From positions 242 through 64,241 of the forward strand of contig WRMI01000003.1 of assembly GCA_009777175.1 (NCBI GenBank): a stretch of DNA of 64,000 nt, written 5' to 3'. The position numbers and the translations under genes were made by a program. The notes beneath the pieces are model-generated. The model searched no databases, was not told the DNA's origin, and saw only the letters and a list, made by a program, of their open reading frames with translations. This DNA comes from Marinilabiliaceae bacterium (GTDB lineage Bacteria > Bacteroidota > Bacteroidia > Bacteroidales > Marinilabiliaceae). Positions 29,484 to 38,527 of this stretch are shown here, in pieces (position 1 is the first letter of the stretch; the number at the start of each line of letters is the position of its first letter).

Positions 29484-29522
29484 TTTATTTTATTATTTTC
29501 AGTTATTAGTTATCAGTTTTCA
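29484..29522. repeat. Inverted copy of the ACTGAnAACTGATAACTA heptamer core
   Basis: The plus strand reads CAGTTATTAGTTATCAGTTTTCA. This is the entire 39-nt spacer between the two PAS genes. Confidence 0.7.
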
Positions 29523-32264
29523 TTAACAATTTTCAGTAATTTCTTTAATAGATCCAGCAACTCTCAGTGCTGTTCCGTCGTTGTCTCTAATTGTAGCGCT
29601 GCATGCTAAAAATTTTCCGTACGTACCATCTTTTTTCTGCAACCTGTATTCGATGCAGAAAGTAGTTTTTCCGCTTATATCCAAAAGATGTGATTCAAAA
29701 GATTTTAATGTATTTTCTTTGTCATCGGGGTGAAGTTTGTCGCTCCAACTGTTAAAAGTATTTGGAAAATCATTAATAGAGGTGTATCCTAACAATTTTC
29801 TATATTCATCTGAAAAAGTCAAAATATTATTTGGGTTAATTGGGTCTCCGTTCACGACCTGCATATCCCAAATTCCAATATTTGTTGCCTCCACGAGCAT
29901 ATCCAATTTCGTTAATTGGTATTGGTTTTCGGCTAATGCGTCAATTAATTTTGCTTCGTGTCTTAAAATTTCTTCGGAAATAGTTTTTTCAGCCGTAATA
30001 TCTTGCACTGCGCCAACTGTTCTGATAGCGTTTCCCTCTTTATCTCTGACGGTTGAGCCGTATGATTTGAAATATCCATACTCGCCATTCTTCTTTAAGA
30101 GTTGATATTCAATATGATAGGGTGTCTTTCCGGTTTTATCCAAGATATGATTTTCAAATGCTTTCACTGCTCGTTCTCGGTCGTGCGGGTGAAGACGTTC
30201 ACTCCAACTGCTTATAACATTTGGAAATTCATCTTCGGGAGTGTATCCAAGCAATTTTTTATACTCGTCCGACCAAACTATTGAGATATTGGGGTTTATG
30301 GGCTCATCTATGGATTTTTTCATATCCCACATTCCAATACCAGATGCTTCTATTAACAAATCAAGTTTTGCAAGTTGATATCTGTTTTCTTGCAGCGCAT
30401 TAGAAAGTTTTGCCTCATTTTCTTCTAACTGTTTCACCACTTGCAAACGTCTTTCTACTTCGTTTTCTAATTCATTATTTTTTTGAAAAAGTTCATCATT
30501 AATTGCATTTAGTTCTTCGTTGTTTGACTTCAGCTCTTCGTTAATAATGTTTAATTCGTCGTTAGCCATTTTCAGTTCGTCAGTCCGTTGTTCGACAATA
30601 ACTTCTAATTTTTCGCGATAGAGTTTGAGTTCTTCTTCGCGATTTTTTGTTTCAGTAATGTTAATAATGATACCGTCCCAAACAATTAATACACCTTCTT
30701 TTCGGGGTCGAGAAATAATTCTCATCCATTGGTCGCCAAGCATTATTTCTCTTTTAAAGTCGGATAGATTAATTGCGCTTTGGTCAATATCTTTAAGAAA
30801 ATCGGGGAAATCTTCTAACGGTGTCAAAGAAAAAACTTTTGAAATATCTGCTAATGTATCAGCAATGCCAACTCCTGTAACGGATTCCCACGTATTTCCT
30901 ACGTAAGAAAAGCGCATCTGTTTTGTCCTCGAATCCCTAATAAACTGAAACAAAGAACCTCCGGGAATATTTTCGCCTAATGTTAATAATTTATTTTTTT
31001 CGGCTTCAAGTTCGTGTTGGACAATTTTCCAAGCAGTTATATTTGTAATAATACCGTCCCAAATTGTGTGTTGTACTTCTTTTCGTGGTCTTCCAATCAT
31101 TTTCAGCCATTGGTCTCCGAACTTTGTTTCGAAAATATGGTCGGTCATATTTCGTGAGCTTTCTTCGATGGATTTGATTAATAGCGTTAACTCGTTAGGA
31201 ACTATAATATCTAAAACATTTGACATTGCTGTTAGCGCTTTTTCGGCGGATACTCCTGTTACCGATTCCCACGTACCACTAACATAAGTGAAACGAAGTT
31301 GTCCCGTTCTGTTATCTCTAATAAATTGATACAGTGCGCTTCCGGGGAGGTTGTCGCCAAACATTTGTAAACGATTTTTTTCATTATTAAGGTCATCTTC
31401 TATTTTTTTCCTTTGAGTGATATCGGTCAATAGTCCGTCAAAAAAAGTGTAGTTGTCGTAACAAACCGGATTTGCCGCCACTTCTACCCAACGTGCTTTT
31501 CCGTGTACTGAAAGACGTAAATCGATACTAAAATTTTTCAAAGATTCAGAACTCTCTTGAATCGCTTGCACAAGTGCCTGTAAATCATCAGAATTAATGA
31601 TAGCAAATAAAGTGTCTAAATTTGCCATGGCTATATCAGAGGGAATTCCTGTGATTGATTCCCATTTTGCACTTACGTAAGTTAATTTTATTTGGTGCGT
31701 TTGATTATCGCGTGAAATCTGAAATAGTGTACTTTCTGGAATATTATTACCCAAAGATTCCAAACGCTCTTTTTCTATTAATAATTTTTCTTCTGCCCGC
31801 TTTCTTGCTGTTACATCGAAAATAAATCCGTTTGCAAAAATAAACTCTCCCTGAAGTACGGGATATGATGATATTTGATACCAAAATTCCTGTTTATGTA
31901 GTGGGTGTAAATAACGCACTTCAACAGAAAAATTGGTCAAAGGTGATAAAGATTCTTCGATGCGCTGAAATAGCAATTTCATGTCACTCGGAATTATGTT
32001 CCGAAAAACATTCATCGGATTTGATAAAGATTCTTCTATCGAAACGCCCATTAATTTTTCCCACGTTCCGCTTAAATAATCGAATTTTAAATCTTTGGTT
32101 TTCATATCTCTAACGGTACGGTACATTGTTCCGTCAGGCATTATACTCAAAGCTTTTAATAATTCTCTCTCGCTATCAGTTAATGAACACCGAGACTCAA
32201 GTTGGGTTTTTAAATATTTATTTTCATCTTCCAACTGTATGACATATTCTTCTAAATTGTTCAT
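29523..32264 (-). CDS. Multi-PAS protein without an output domain; paralog of the N-terminal half of the downstream kinase
   Basis: Coiled-coil N-terminus, about 4 PAS/PAC units, the NEEL stretch NDELNIINEELKSNNEELNAINDELFQKNNELENE, then two further near-duplicate PAS units. No HisKA/HATPase motifs. Confidence 0.85.
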   Translation of the reverse strand: MNNLEEYVIQLEDENKYLKTQLESRCSLTDSERELLKALSIMPDGTMYRTVRDMKTKDLKFDYLSGTWEKLMGVSIEESLSNPMNVFRNIIPSDMKLLFQRIEESLSPLTNFSVEVRYLHPLHKQEFWYQISSYPVLQGEFIFANGFIFDVTARKRAEEKLLIEKERLESLGNNIPESTLFQISRDNQTHQIKLTYVSAKWESITGIPSDIAMANLDTLFAIINSDDLQALVQAIQESSESLKNFSIDLRLSVHGKARWVEVAANPVCYDNYTFFDGLLTDITQRKKIEDDLNNEKNRLQMFGDNLPGSALYQFIRDNRTGQLRFTYVSGTWESVTGVSAEKALTAMSNVLDIIVPNELTLLIKSIEESSRNMTDHIFETKFGDQWLKMIGRPRKEVQHTIWDGIITNITAWKIVQHELEAEKNKLLTLGENIPGGSLFQFIRDSRTKQMRFSYVGNTWESVTGVGIADTLADISKVFSLTPLEDFPDFLKDIDQSAINLSDFKREIMLGDQWMRIISRPRKEGVLIVWDGIIINITETKNREEELKLYREKLEVIVEQRTDELKMANDELNIINEELKSNNEELNAINDELFQKNNELENEVERRLQVVKQLEENEAKLSNALQENRYQLAKLDLLIEASGIGMWDMKKSIDEPINPNISIVWSDEYKKLLGYTPEDEFPNVISSWSERLHPHDRERAVKAFENHILDKTGKTPYHIEYQLLKKNGEYGYFKSYGSTVRDKEGNAIRTVGAVQDITAEKTISEEILRHEAKLIDALAENQYQLTKLDMLVEATNIGIWDMQVVNGDPINPNNILTFSDEYRKLLGYTSINDFPNTFNSWSDKLHPDDKENTLKSFESHLLDISGKTTFCIEYRLQKKDGTYGKFLACSATIRDNDGTALRVAGSIKEITENC

Positions 32265-32327
32265 AATAAATAAGATATGTTATTAATAAAATCATTCAAA
32301 GGAACCTGTTTCCTTTATAAAAAAATG

Positions 32328-32335
32328 CAAAAGTA
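32328..32335 (-). promoter_or_regulatory. -7 box TACTTTTG for the PAS/kinase pair
   Basis: The plus strand reads CAAAAGTA, 64 nt upstream of the start at 32264. Confidence 0.4.
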
Positions 32336-32456
32336 ATTAAAATTTTTGAAAACAAAGGAAAAAAAATTTTTTGATAAAAAAATTTTCCTTATTAATTGTT
32401 CATAAATATTTACATCCTCCTCTGATATCCATTGTAATCTTGCGGCTACTCTAATT

Positions 32457-33956
32457 TTATGGATAGATGGATTTGACGTATTGGAAGATTTTTCGCGGCG
32501 AGTTAAACTTTTTGATTTTTTCTTGAATTTTTTGGAAGAAAATGGTATATGCTTCGGCGTTCAAAAGAGTTGAGTCGGTGGTTGCTTTATATGTCAAAAA
32601 AATTCCAATTGGTAACAAAATAGCGGATGAAAGCCACATACCCTGATAAACAATCCATACTCCTTCTTTTGCAAATTTCACTCCTGTGGTGTCAACGATA
32701 TAATATATTACGAAAAAAAGTACTGAAATTACGGTTGGCAGCCCAAGTCCGCCTTTTCTAATTATTGCACCGAGTGGTGCGCCGATGAAAAAAAATATCA
32801 AACAGGCAAATGATAGCGTAAATTTACGATGAATTTCCATTTCGTGTCGCCGCATTTTTGATTCTTCACGACCAATGTAACGTATCTGATCCTCAATAGT
32901 TGCCTTATTATCGCGGGCTTGACGTAATGAATACTCAAGTACCGTTTTCTTTTGAAGTGTTGATAATGAATGATATAAGGAATCGCTATTTATACTTTTA
33001 GCACTATCAATAATTTCATAATTATCTCTTTCGTCAAATCTAATTTTCGAAAAAACAAAAGATGATGCGCGCAATTCTAATCCTTCAACTTGCGTGTCTC
33101 GTTCTGTTTTTAAAGAGTCCAAATCGTGAATGAGTTGGTTTAAATTTTTCATGCGGTCTCCGCTACGGAACATACTTTCGTCCGTTTTTGAAAAATCATA
33201 TCCTTGCAATTGCACAATTGCAGTCTGTTCTTTAAAGAAGTCAGTGTGAAATGTTTGTGGGTCTTTTTTATTTTGTTTATTCACATTTCCGAGGTCTAAT
33301 TTTTCATCATACCTAATACCGTCATAAAGCTTAATAATAAGGTACTGCTTGTCGTACGACATTTGAAATTTTCCTGAATCAGCCACCGTAACATTACTAT
33401 TTCGTGCTTGTCGGTCACGATGGTCGTATATCATAACGTCATATAAAAATCCTGTTTCTCTATCTTTTTGCTCAACTTTTACAGTAAAGTCGTCAATTCC
33501 ATCATAAAAAACTTTCTCTTTGATGTCTAATTCCAATCTCGTTTCTCTTATTCCGTGTAAAATGGAAACTAATTTTAAATTTGCCACGGGTAAAATATTG
33601 TTAGAGAACTGATAAGCAAAGCCCGAAATTACTATTGTTAAAATTATTAGCGGCATCATAATTCTTGGTAGCGAAATACCTGCAGATTTTAATGCTGTTA
33701 GTTCGTAATTTTCGCCGAGACTACCGAATGTCATTAGTGATGCCAAAAGTATCGCCAAAGGCATTGCCATCGGAACAACCTGAAGTGATGCATAAAACAA
33801 TAATTCAGCAAGAACAAGCCATTCTAAACCTTTCCCGACCATATCATCAACATATTTCCACAAAAATTGCATCACAAGAATGAACAATGCAATAAAAAAA
33901 GTCAGTATCAAAGGACCGAGATAACTTTTCAATATAAACAAATGTAATTTTTTCAT
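32457..33956 (-). CDS. LptF/LptG-family (YjgP/YjgQ) permease
   Basis: N-terminal ILKSYLGPLILTFFIALFILVMQFLW, a central periplasmic domain and three C-terminal TM helices. Confidence 0.8.
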   Translation of the reverse strand: MKKLHLFILKSYLGPLILTFFIALFILVMQFLWKYVDDMVGKGLEWLVLAELLFYASLQVVPMAMPLAILLASLMTFGSLGENYELTALKSAGISLPRIMMPLIILTIVISGFAYQFSNNILPVANLKLVSILHGIRETRLELDIKEKVFYDGIDDFTVKVEQKDRETGFLYDVMIYDHRDRQARNSNVTVADSGKFQMSYDKQYLIIKLYDGIRYDEKLDLGNVNKQNKKDPQTFHTDFFKEQTAIVQLQGYDFSKTDESMFRSGDRMKNLNQLIHDLDSLKTERDTQVEGLELRASSFVFSKIRFDERDNYEIIDSAKSINSDSLYHSLSTLQKKTVLEYSLRQARDNKATIEDQIRYIGREESKMRRHEMEIHRKFTLSFACLIFFFIGAPLGAIIRKGGLGLPTVISVLFFVIYYIVDTTGVKFAKEGVWIVYQGMWLSSAILLPIGIFLTYKATTDSTLLNAEAYTIFFQKIQEKIKKFNSPRKIFQYVKSIYP

Positions 33957-34342
33957 AGCGACCCAAGGCTACGTTTTAAAATTTCAATCTGCTTGTTCCA
34001 CTGCTCAATGGCATCAATTTCATCCTCAAAATCCACGTTATCAACAACAATTAATGACAAATCGCCCGTTATTTCGTCAATTTTGATTTGAAATTCGAAC
34101 CAACTATTGTCTTCGTAGTCGTCTAACCATTGAAAACGCACTAATTGGTCCTCATTACAAATTGTTTGCACTGCTTTTTGTTCACTTTTACTCCAAATAA
34201 AAGTATATTCGAAACCCTCCGCAGTAACGGAGTCGGCAAACCATTCAGCTAATCCTTTCGGAGTACTCAAACTATTGTACAAAACAGCCGGCGAAGTATT
34301 TATAAAATATTCTATTTCAATGGTTTTCTTTTGCTCTGACAT
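33953..34342 (-). CDS. START-like/SRPBCC-fold protein
   Basis: 129 aa; LYNSLSTPKGLAEWFAD resembles AHSA1/START-like proteins. 4-nt overlap with the permease gene. Confidence 0.5.
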   Translation of the reverse strand: MSEQKKTIEIEYFINTSPAVLYNSLSTPKGLAEWFADSVTAEGFEYTFIWSKSEQKAVQTICNEDQLVRFQWLDDYEDNSWFEFQIKIDEITGDLSLIVVDNVDFEDEIDAIEQWNKQIEILKRSLGSL

Positions 34343-34532
34343 ATCAATTAAGCTTGTTAACAGCCGACAAAAAAAATATTTTTATATTAATAAAAAAAAT
34401 TTTTTGTAAAAATATTTTTATTTTTTTTTGTATATTATTGAATATCAAAGAATAAAAATCACAAAAAATTTTAAAATTTATTTTTTATTAAAAAATTTTA
34501 CACAATTTTTTTGAAACAACAAAAAATCACAC

Positions 34533-34540
34533 TATCTTTG
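34533..34540 (+). promoter_or_regulatory. -7 box TATCTTTG for tRNA-Met
   Basis: TAnnTTTG match 15 nt before the tRNA 5' end. Confidence 0.5.
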
Positions 34541-34554
34541 CCGCGCAAAAAAAA

Positions 34555-34628
34555 GCCGAGGTAGCTCAGCCGGTTAGAGCGCATGATTCATAATCATGAG
34601 GTCGGGGGTTCAAGTCCCCCCCTCGGTA
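34555..34628 (+). tRNA. tRNA-Met (CAT), elongator-like; tRNA-Ile2 not excluded
   Basis: Acceptor GCCGAGG/CCTCGGT, anticodon arm CATGA-TTCATAA-TCATG, T-arm GGGGG-TTCAAGT-CCCCC. Confidence 0.85.
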
Positions 34629-34639
34629 CTTTGAAAATC

Positions 34640-34674
34640 AGAGGCTTACAAAATAATTGTGAGCCTCTTTTATT
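34640..34674 (+). terminator. Intrinsic terminator after tRNA-Met
   Basis: 11-bp stem AGAGGCTTACA/TGTGAGCCTCT with one G-U pair, followed by TTTTATTT. Confidence 0.65.
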
Positions 34675-35269
34675 TAATGCGCCCACAATTTGCCCGCCAG
34701 TCGGCAGATGTTCGTTTCAATTCAAAATTAATAACTCACTGACTTGGTAGTTATTATTTCCTGAAATTCAGAACTCTTGACTTGACGCAAAATCGATTGT
34801 CGAAAATTTGCGAAAAAAAATCTAATTTTTACCTAATTCACCAAACCAAATAACCTCAGTAGAGAATGAACCATTCGAGAGTAGCGATTTCAAACATAAT
34901 GCAGCAAATTGATACCAACGGACGTTTGTCGCTAAATTCCATTAGTTTTAAATTTTTTGAAACACAAGCAAAGGCTTTTGTCACTTTTATTCAAAACAAT
35001 TTGAAATAATTTGTTTCTGAATATCGATTATTCCGAAATTTTTTTCTAATTTTGTATTTGTGTTTTGACTCGTTGTTGGAACACATTTATTATTGTTGTT
35101 CAAGCGTTTGCTTTTGTTCTTGCGTATAGAAAATCTGCAATTTTTTAGCAAGATAGGACAAGATTGTTTAACGCTCACGTGCGTGCATGTGGGTATTTCT
35201 TGTTTGCTTGCTAAGGTATGCAGAGCCTCTATACGCTAATGAGAGCCCACGTTTTTTATAAAAAAAGTT

Positions 35270-35494
35270 ATGATGCACAAAGAGTTTCATATCGGAAAGA
35301 TGATACTTCAAAATCTGAACGAAAAAGAGCGAAATGTAGCCTGGCTTGCTCGAAAATTAAGTTGCAACGACGCAAATTTAGGTAGACAACTCGCAAATAG
35401 CAAGCATATTCATTGCGAATTGTTGCTACGAATTTCAAATGTTCTGAAAAAAGATTTTTTTGTACACTATTCTGAGATAGTTGATTTGCAATAA
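35270..35494 (+). CDS. Small HTH (XRE-like) DNA-binding protein
   Basis: 74 aa; ...RNVAWLARKLSCNDANLGRQLANSKHIHCELLLRISNVLKKDFF resembles short Bacteroidota HTH regulators. Confidence 0.45.
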   Translation: MMHKEFHIGKMILQNLNEKERNVAWLARKLSCNDANLGRQLANSKHIHCELLLRISNVLKKDFFVHYSEIVDLQ

Positions 35495-35520
35495 AAAATT
35501 GAGCCCACATCCCAAACGTG

Positions 35521-35618
35521 TTCTCTACCACAAAGTACACAAAGAAAGCACAAAGAGCACAAGGTTATATTTAGTGTTTTGTGTACTTTGCGTAATCGCG
35601 TTGTGACCCTTGTGGTAA
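35521..35618. repeat. Palindromic CACAAAG/CTTTGTG element (family R1)
   Basis: TTCTCTACCACAAAGTACACAAAGAAAGCACAAAGAGCACAAGG...GTGTTTTGTGTACTTTGCG...GTGACCCTTGTGG. Confidence 0.8.
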
Positions 35619-35683
35619 ATACAGAACTCCTGATTTGCTATTTGCTATTTCATTAAAACACAAAACATTTCGATAATGATCCC

Positions 35684-35844
35684 GCATTTTTGGGATATCC
35701 CCCGAATTGCGCTTATTGGGCGACCGCGAGGGTACGCCCCTACCGGGTTATCTACGTTGCACTCGTACCGAGTGCTGCAGGTTATCGAATGTGTTTCCGT
35801 TTCTTGGGGTGTCAATATCATTCGGGACATCCCCCCAAAAATGC
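35684..35844. mobile_element. MITE-like element (family R2) with roughly 24-nt imperfect terminal inverted repeats
   Basis: Left end GCATTTTTGGGATATCCCCCGAAT; right end ATTCGGGACATCCCCCCAAAAATGC. Internal conserved hairpin GCACTC-GTACC-GAGTGC. No coding capacity. Confidence 0.5.
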
Positions 35845-35877
35845 AACATATTTAGTTTATAGTTGCATTTTTGTAAT

Positions 35878-35976
35878 ATCCTGTAATTTAAGTTAATAGT
35901 AAATGCCAAGTCAAAAGTTCTCAATCTTGTAAAAATTACAAGAAAATCCTGTAAAAAAAGTCATAAAATCCTGTAA
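35878..35976 (+). promoter_or_regulatory. Four phased direct repeats ATC[CT]TGTAA upstream of the island operon
   Basis: Copies start at 35878, 35924, 35946 and 35968, giving spacings of 46, 22 and 22 nt. The copy at 35924 is part of the palindrome CTTGTAA-AAA-TTACAAG. Confidence 0.45.
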
Positions 35977-36018
35977 AAATAGCAGCGTAAATATATGGTT
36001 TACATCATATTAAAGATG

Positions 36019-36026
36019 TACTTTTG
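36019..36026 (+). promoter_or_regulatory. -7 box TACTTTTG for the island operon
   Basis: TAnnTTTG match 44 nt before the ATG at 36070. Confidence 0.5.
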
Positions 36027-36069
36027 TATTTTAATTTTTTTAAATTATTAATTTTTTATTTTCTTTACA

Positions 36070-37083
36070 ATGACAAAAAAAATAATTGTTTTTATCGCAA
36101 CACTCCTGTTTTGTGGAGTAGTTGCCGCACAAAATCAGAACGAACATGAGGAGTTTTTGAATGCTCAATTTCTGATTTTAGAGGAAGTTCAGCCGCTAAC
36201 GCAGGCAGAACGAGATCAAATGAAAAGCATTTTCTATGAGGAAATTGCTGAATCGGGTATTCAAGATTTTGCCTTTAATATGGCAATGAGTGCAACGCTC
36301 AAAGATATTGAATACTATAAACATTATTACAAGGATGCGATTGCAAAAAGAGCATGGGTTTTGTACCACGAAGATCTATTCTTTTATGAAGAAGAAATGG
36401 AACTTGCTGAGTCTACGCTCGAATCAGTTAAACCTGATTTAAAAGAGCTTAGCGAGCAATTAGCACTTGTTGAACTCTATTTTTTTGCCACACCGTTTGA
36501 TATCTATGATATTAAAGCGGATGTCAGGTTTAGGTACGAAAAAAACATTTCTGATATTTATATCAGAAGTGATTCCAAAGGAACGAGTTATAATCTTGGG
36601 TTGGTGTTGCAAAACAGAGAACAGCTAAATCTCAGTATGCAACAAATTGACGCTATTGTGGATGCTGCGCAGGAAATTAAAACACTTTCTGACGACGGCT
36701 CTATTGACGAACTAAGCAATAATTGCTGGCTCTTTGAACGTGAATTTATCATTGATGCCTTAAGCGAGGAGCAAGTTAGCGAATTTGTAATTATTCGTTA
36801 TTCAGATGATGCAGCAAAGTATGCTATTGAAACGTGGAAAGAAGGAAAAGCCTATCAAATTGAGTATGGAAATGATTCAATTGCGGTTTTAGATGATCTC
36901 TTTTATTATCAAATAAATAAGTTGATAATACAGTACATTTATTATGATGATAAAGAGAAAATGAAAGAGATGTTAGATTTTTGGTATAAAGAGGCTTACC
37001 CTCAATTTTTAAGGCAACTTGTTGCGGAACGCCGCAGACGAGAAGCAGAAGAGATTGACGAAAAAGATTATTTTAAATTTTAA
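36070..37083 (+). CDS. Secreted, predicted all-helical acidic protein, no recognisable family
   Basis: Signal peptide MTKKIIVFIATLLFCGVVAAQ. First gene of the operon. Confidence 0.6.
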   Translation: MTKKIIVFIATLLFCGVVAAQNQNEHEEFLNAQFLILEEVQPLTQAERDQMKSIFYEEIAESGIQDFAFNMAMSATLKDIEYYKHYYKDAIAKRAWVLYHEDLFFYEEEMELAESTLESVKPDLKELSEQLALVELYFFATPFDIYDIKADVRFRYEKNISDIYIRSDSKGTSYNLGLVLQNREQLNLSMQQIDAIVDAAQEIKTLSDDGSIDELSNNCWLFEREFIIDALSEEQVSEFVIIRYSDDAAKYAIETWKEGKAYQIEYGNDSIAVLDDLFYYQINKLIIQYIYYDDKEKMKEMLDFWYKEAYPQFLRQLVAERRRREAEEIDEKDYFKF

Positions 37084-37096
37084 AAATCAGTATGTT

Positions 37097-38521
37097 ATGA
37101 ATAAATTAAAAATAATTGTAACAATTTTGCTAATGCCGTACTCTATTTTCATTATAGCTCAAATACCCAATCCGCAAGATTCAGTTATAATGGAAAAATT
37201 ACAACTTGCCAATAGTCTTCTTTTGTCAAATGGACAAGAGAGGGCGTATCAACTATATTTTGAATGTGCTGAAGTTGGCAATGCTTACGCAATGAATGCT
37301 CTCGGTATTCTTAAACAGCGCGGGTGGGGTACTGAGCAAGACGAAACAGGCTCCATTGAATGGTTTCAAAATGCAGCTCAAGCAGGGTACGCAAAAGCCT
37401 ATTATAACCTTTTTCATGCTTATGCAAAAGCACTCGGAGTAGAGCAAAATTTTGAATATGTGGTTAATTATCTTGATACGCTACATAATACACAGCATCG
37501 TTCGGTTGCGCTTATGTATCTTGGTTATTATTACTACAAAGGTTTTGGAGTAGAACAAAATTATGAAACCGCCGTTGATTATTTCCTACAGTCTGCGGAA
37601 TTTGATAATGCTGATGCATTATATTTTCTCGGGTTGTGCTACCGAAACGGATACGGAGTTGTTCCAGACGAGGAGATAGCGATATTTTATCTAAATCGCG
37701 CTACTCAATTAGGTCATTATTACTCTTTTGAAGAATTAGAAGAGGAATCGCCGGAAATAATTATTGAACCAAAAAATATATCAATGACTGGCGAAAACGG
37801 TGAGAATGAAATATCTCGAATCCCCCAACAATATCGACAACTTGAACAGATAAATTTGAATAATGATATTGGTGGTGAATACGTAGGAACTATCGTAATG
37901 TACGATTATAGCGGAAAGAAAATTGTAAAAAAATCTAAATTAAAGATATCGTTTGATGATACAAGTGATGGCAAAATTTTTGGAAAGTGGATTGAAAATG
38001 ATACACTCTATACCGATTTTGAAGCAATTTTAACAGAAAATGCCTTGCAGTTTATTGACACAGAATATCACCGAACAGAGAGATATCATAAAAATTATGC
38101 AAGAAAATGGCAATTTAAAAACGCCATTTTAGAAAAGACCGAAACTGACAGTATTTCATATCTTGTGGGCAATATCAGACAATATGATATAAAACGTAAA
38201 GAACCGAGCAAGCCATTATACATTTCTTTGCAAAAGAGTAAAAGTGAGGAAACACAATTAGACACAGAAAAAGATTTTTTTATTGCGTATCCAAATCCAT
38301 TTGAAAACAATATAAATGTCATCTTTACGTTAGAGAAGGAAATAAATGTAATTATTTCGGTTTATGAAGCAACAGGTAAACTTTTTGATAGACAAAGCCT
38401 TGGCGTTTTGCAAACAGGGCAACATAATTATTTGCTTGCTCTTTCGGCACCCAAAGGGCAATATATGCTTGTGGTGCAAACAGGAGACAATAAAATATCT
38501 AGTTTAATCATCAAAAAATAA
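37097..38521 (+). CDS. Sel1-repeat protein with a T9SS C-terminal sorting domain
   Basis: Start at the ATG giving MNKLKIIVTILL... (signal peptide). Several Sel1 units (AYAMNALGILKQRGWGTEQDE..., ALMYLGYYYYKGFGVEQNYE..., ALYFLGLCYRNGYGVVPDEE...). C-terminal YPNPFENNINVIF...GQYMLVVQTGDNKISSLIIKK. Confidence 0.85.
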   Translation: MNKLKIIVTILLMPYSIFIIAQIPNPQDSVIMEKLQLANSLLLSNGQERAYQLYFECAEVGNAYAMNALGILKQRGWGTEQDETGSIEWFQNAAQAGYAKAYYNLFHAYAKALGVEQNFEYVVNYLDTLHNTQHRSVALMYLGYYYYKGFGVEQNYETAVDYFLQSAEFDNADALYFLGLCYRNGYGVVPDEEIAIFYLNRATQLGHYYSFEELEEESPEIIIEPKNISMTGENGENEISRIPQQYRQLEQINLNNDIGGEYVGTIVMYDYSGKKIVKKSKLKISFDDTSDGKIFGKWIENDTLYTDFEAILTENALQFIDTEYHRTERYHKNYARKWQFKNAILEKTETDSISYLVGNIRQYDIKRKEPSKPLYISLQKSKSEETQLDTEKDFFIAYPNPFENNINVIFTLEKEINVIISVYEATGKLFDRQSLGVLQTGQHNYLLALSAPKGQYMLVVQTGDNKISSLIIKK

Positions 38522-38527
38522 TACATT

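Noticed and set aside
34756-34810. A roughly 45-nt similarity (AAATTCAGAA[CT]TCTTGA[CT]TTG...ATTGT) between the regions downstream of tRNA-Met (34756) and of tRNA-fMet (63358), possibly att-like.
   Set aside because: Only about 30 of 40 positions match, in AT-rich DNA. Neither copy overlaps a tRNA 3' end, and no integrase is nearby. This could be chance.
35645-35896. ORFs of 61 aa and 68 aa inside the GC-rich stretch.
   Set aside because: They coincide with the inverted-repeat-bounded R2 element, which also occurs at 21455 in a different context. The translation has no protein-like features.
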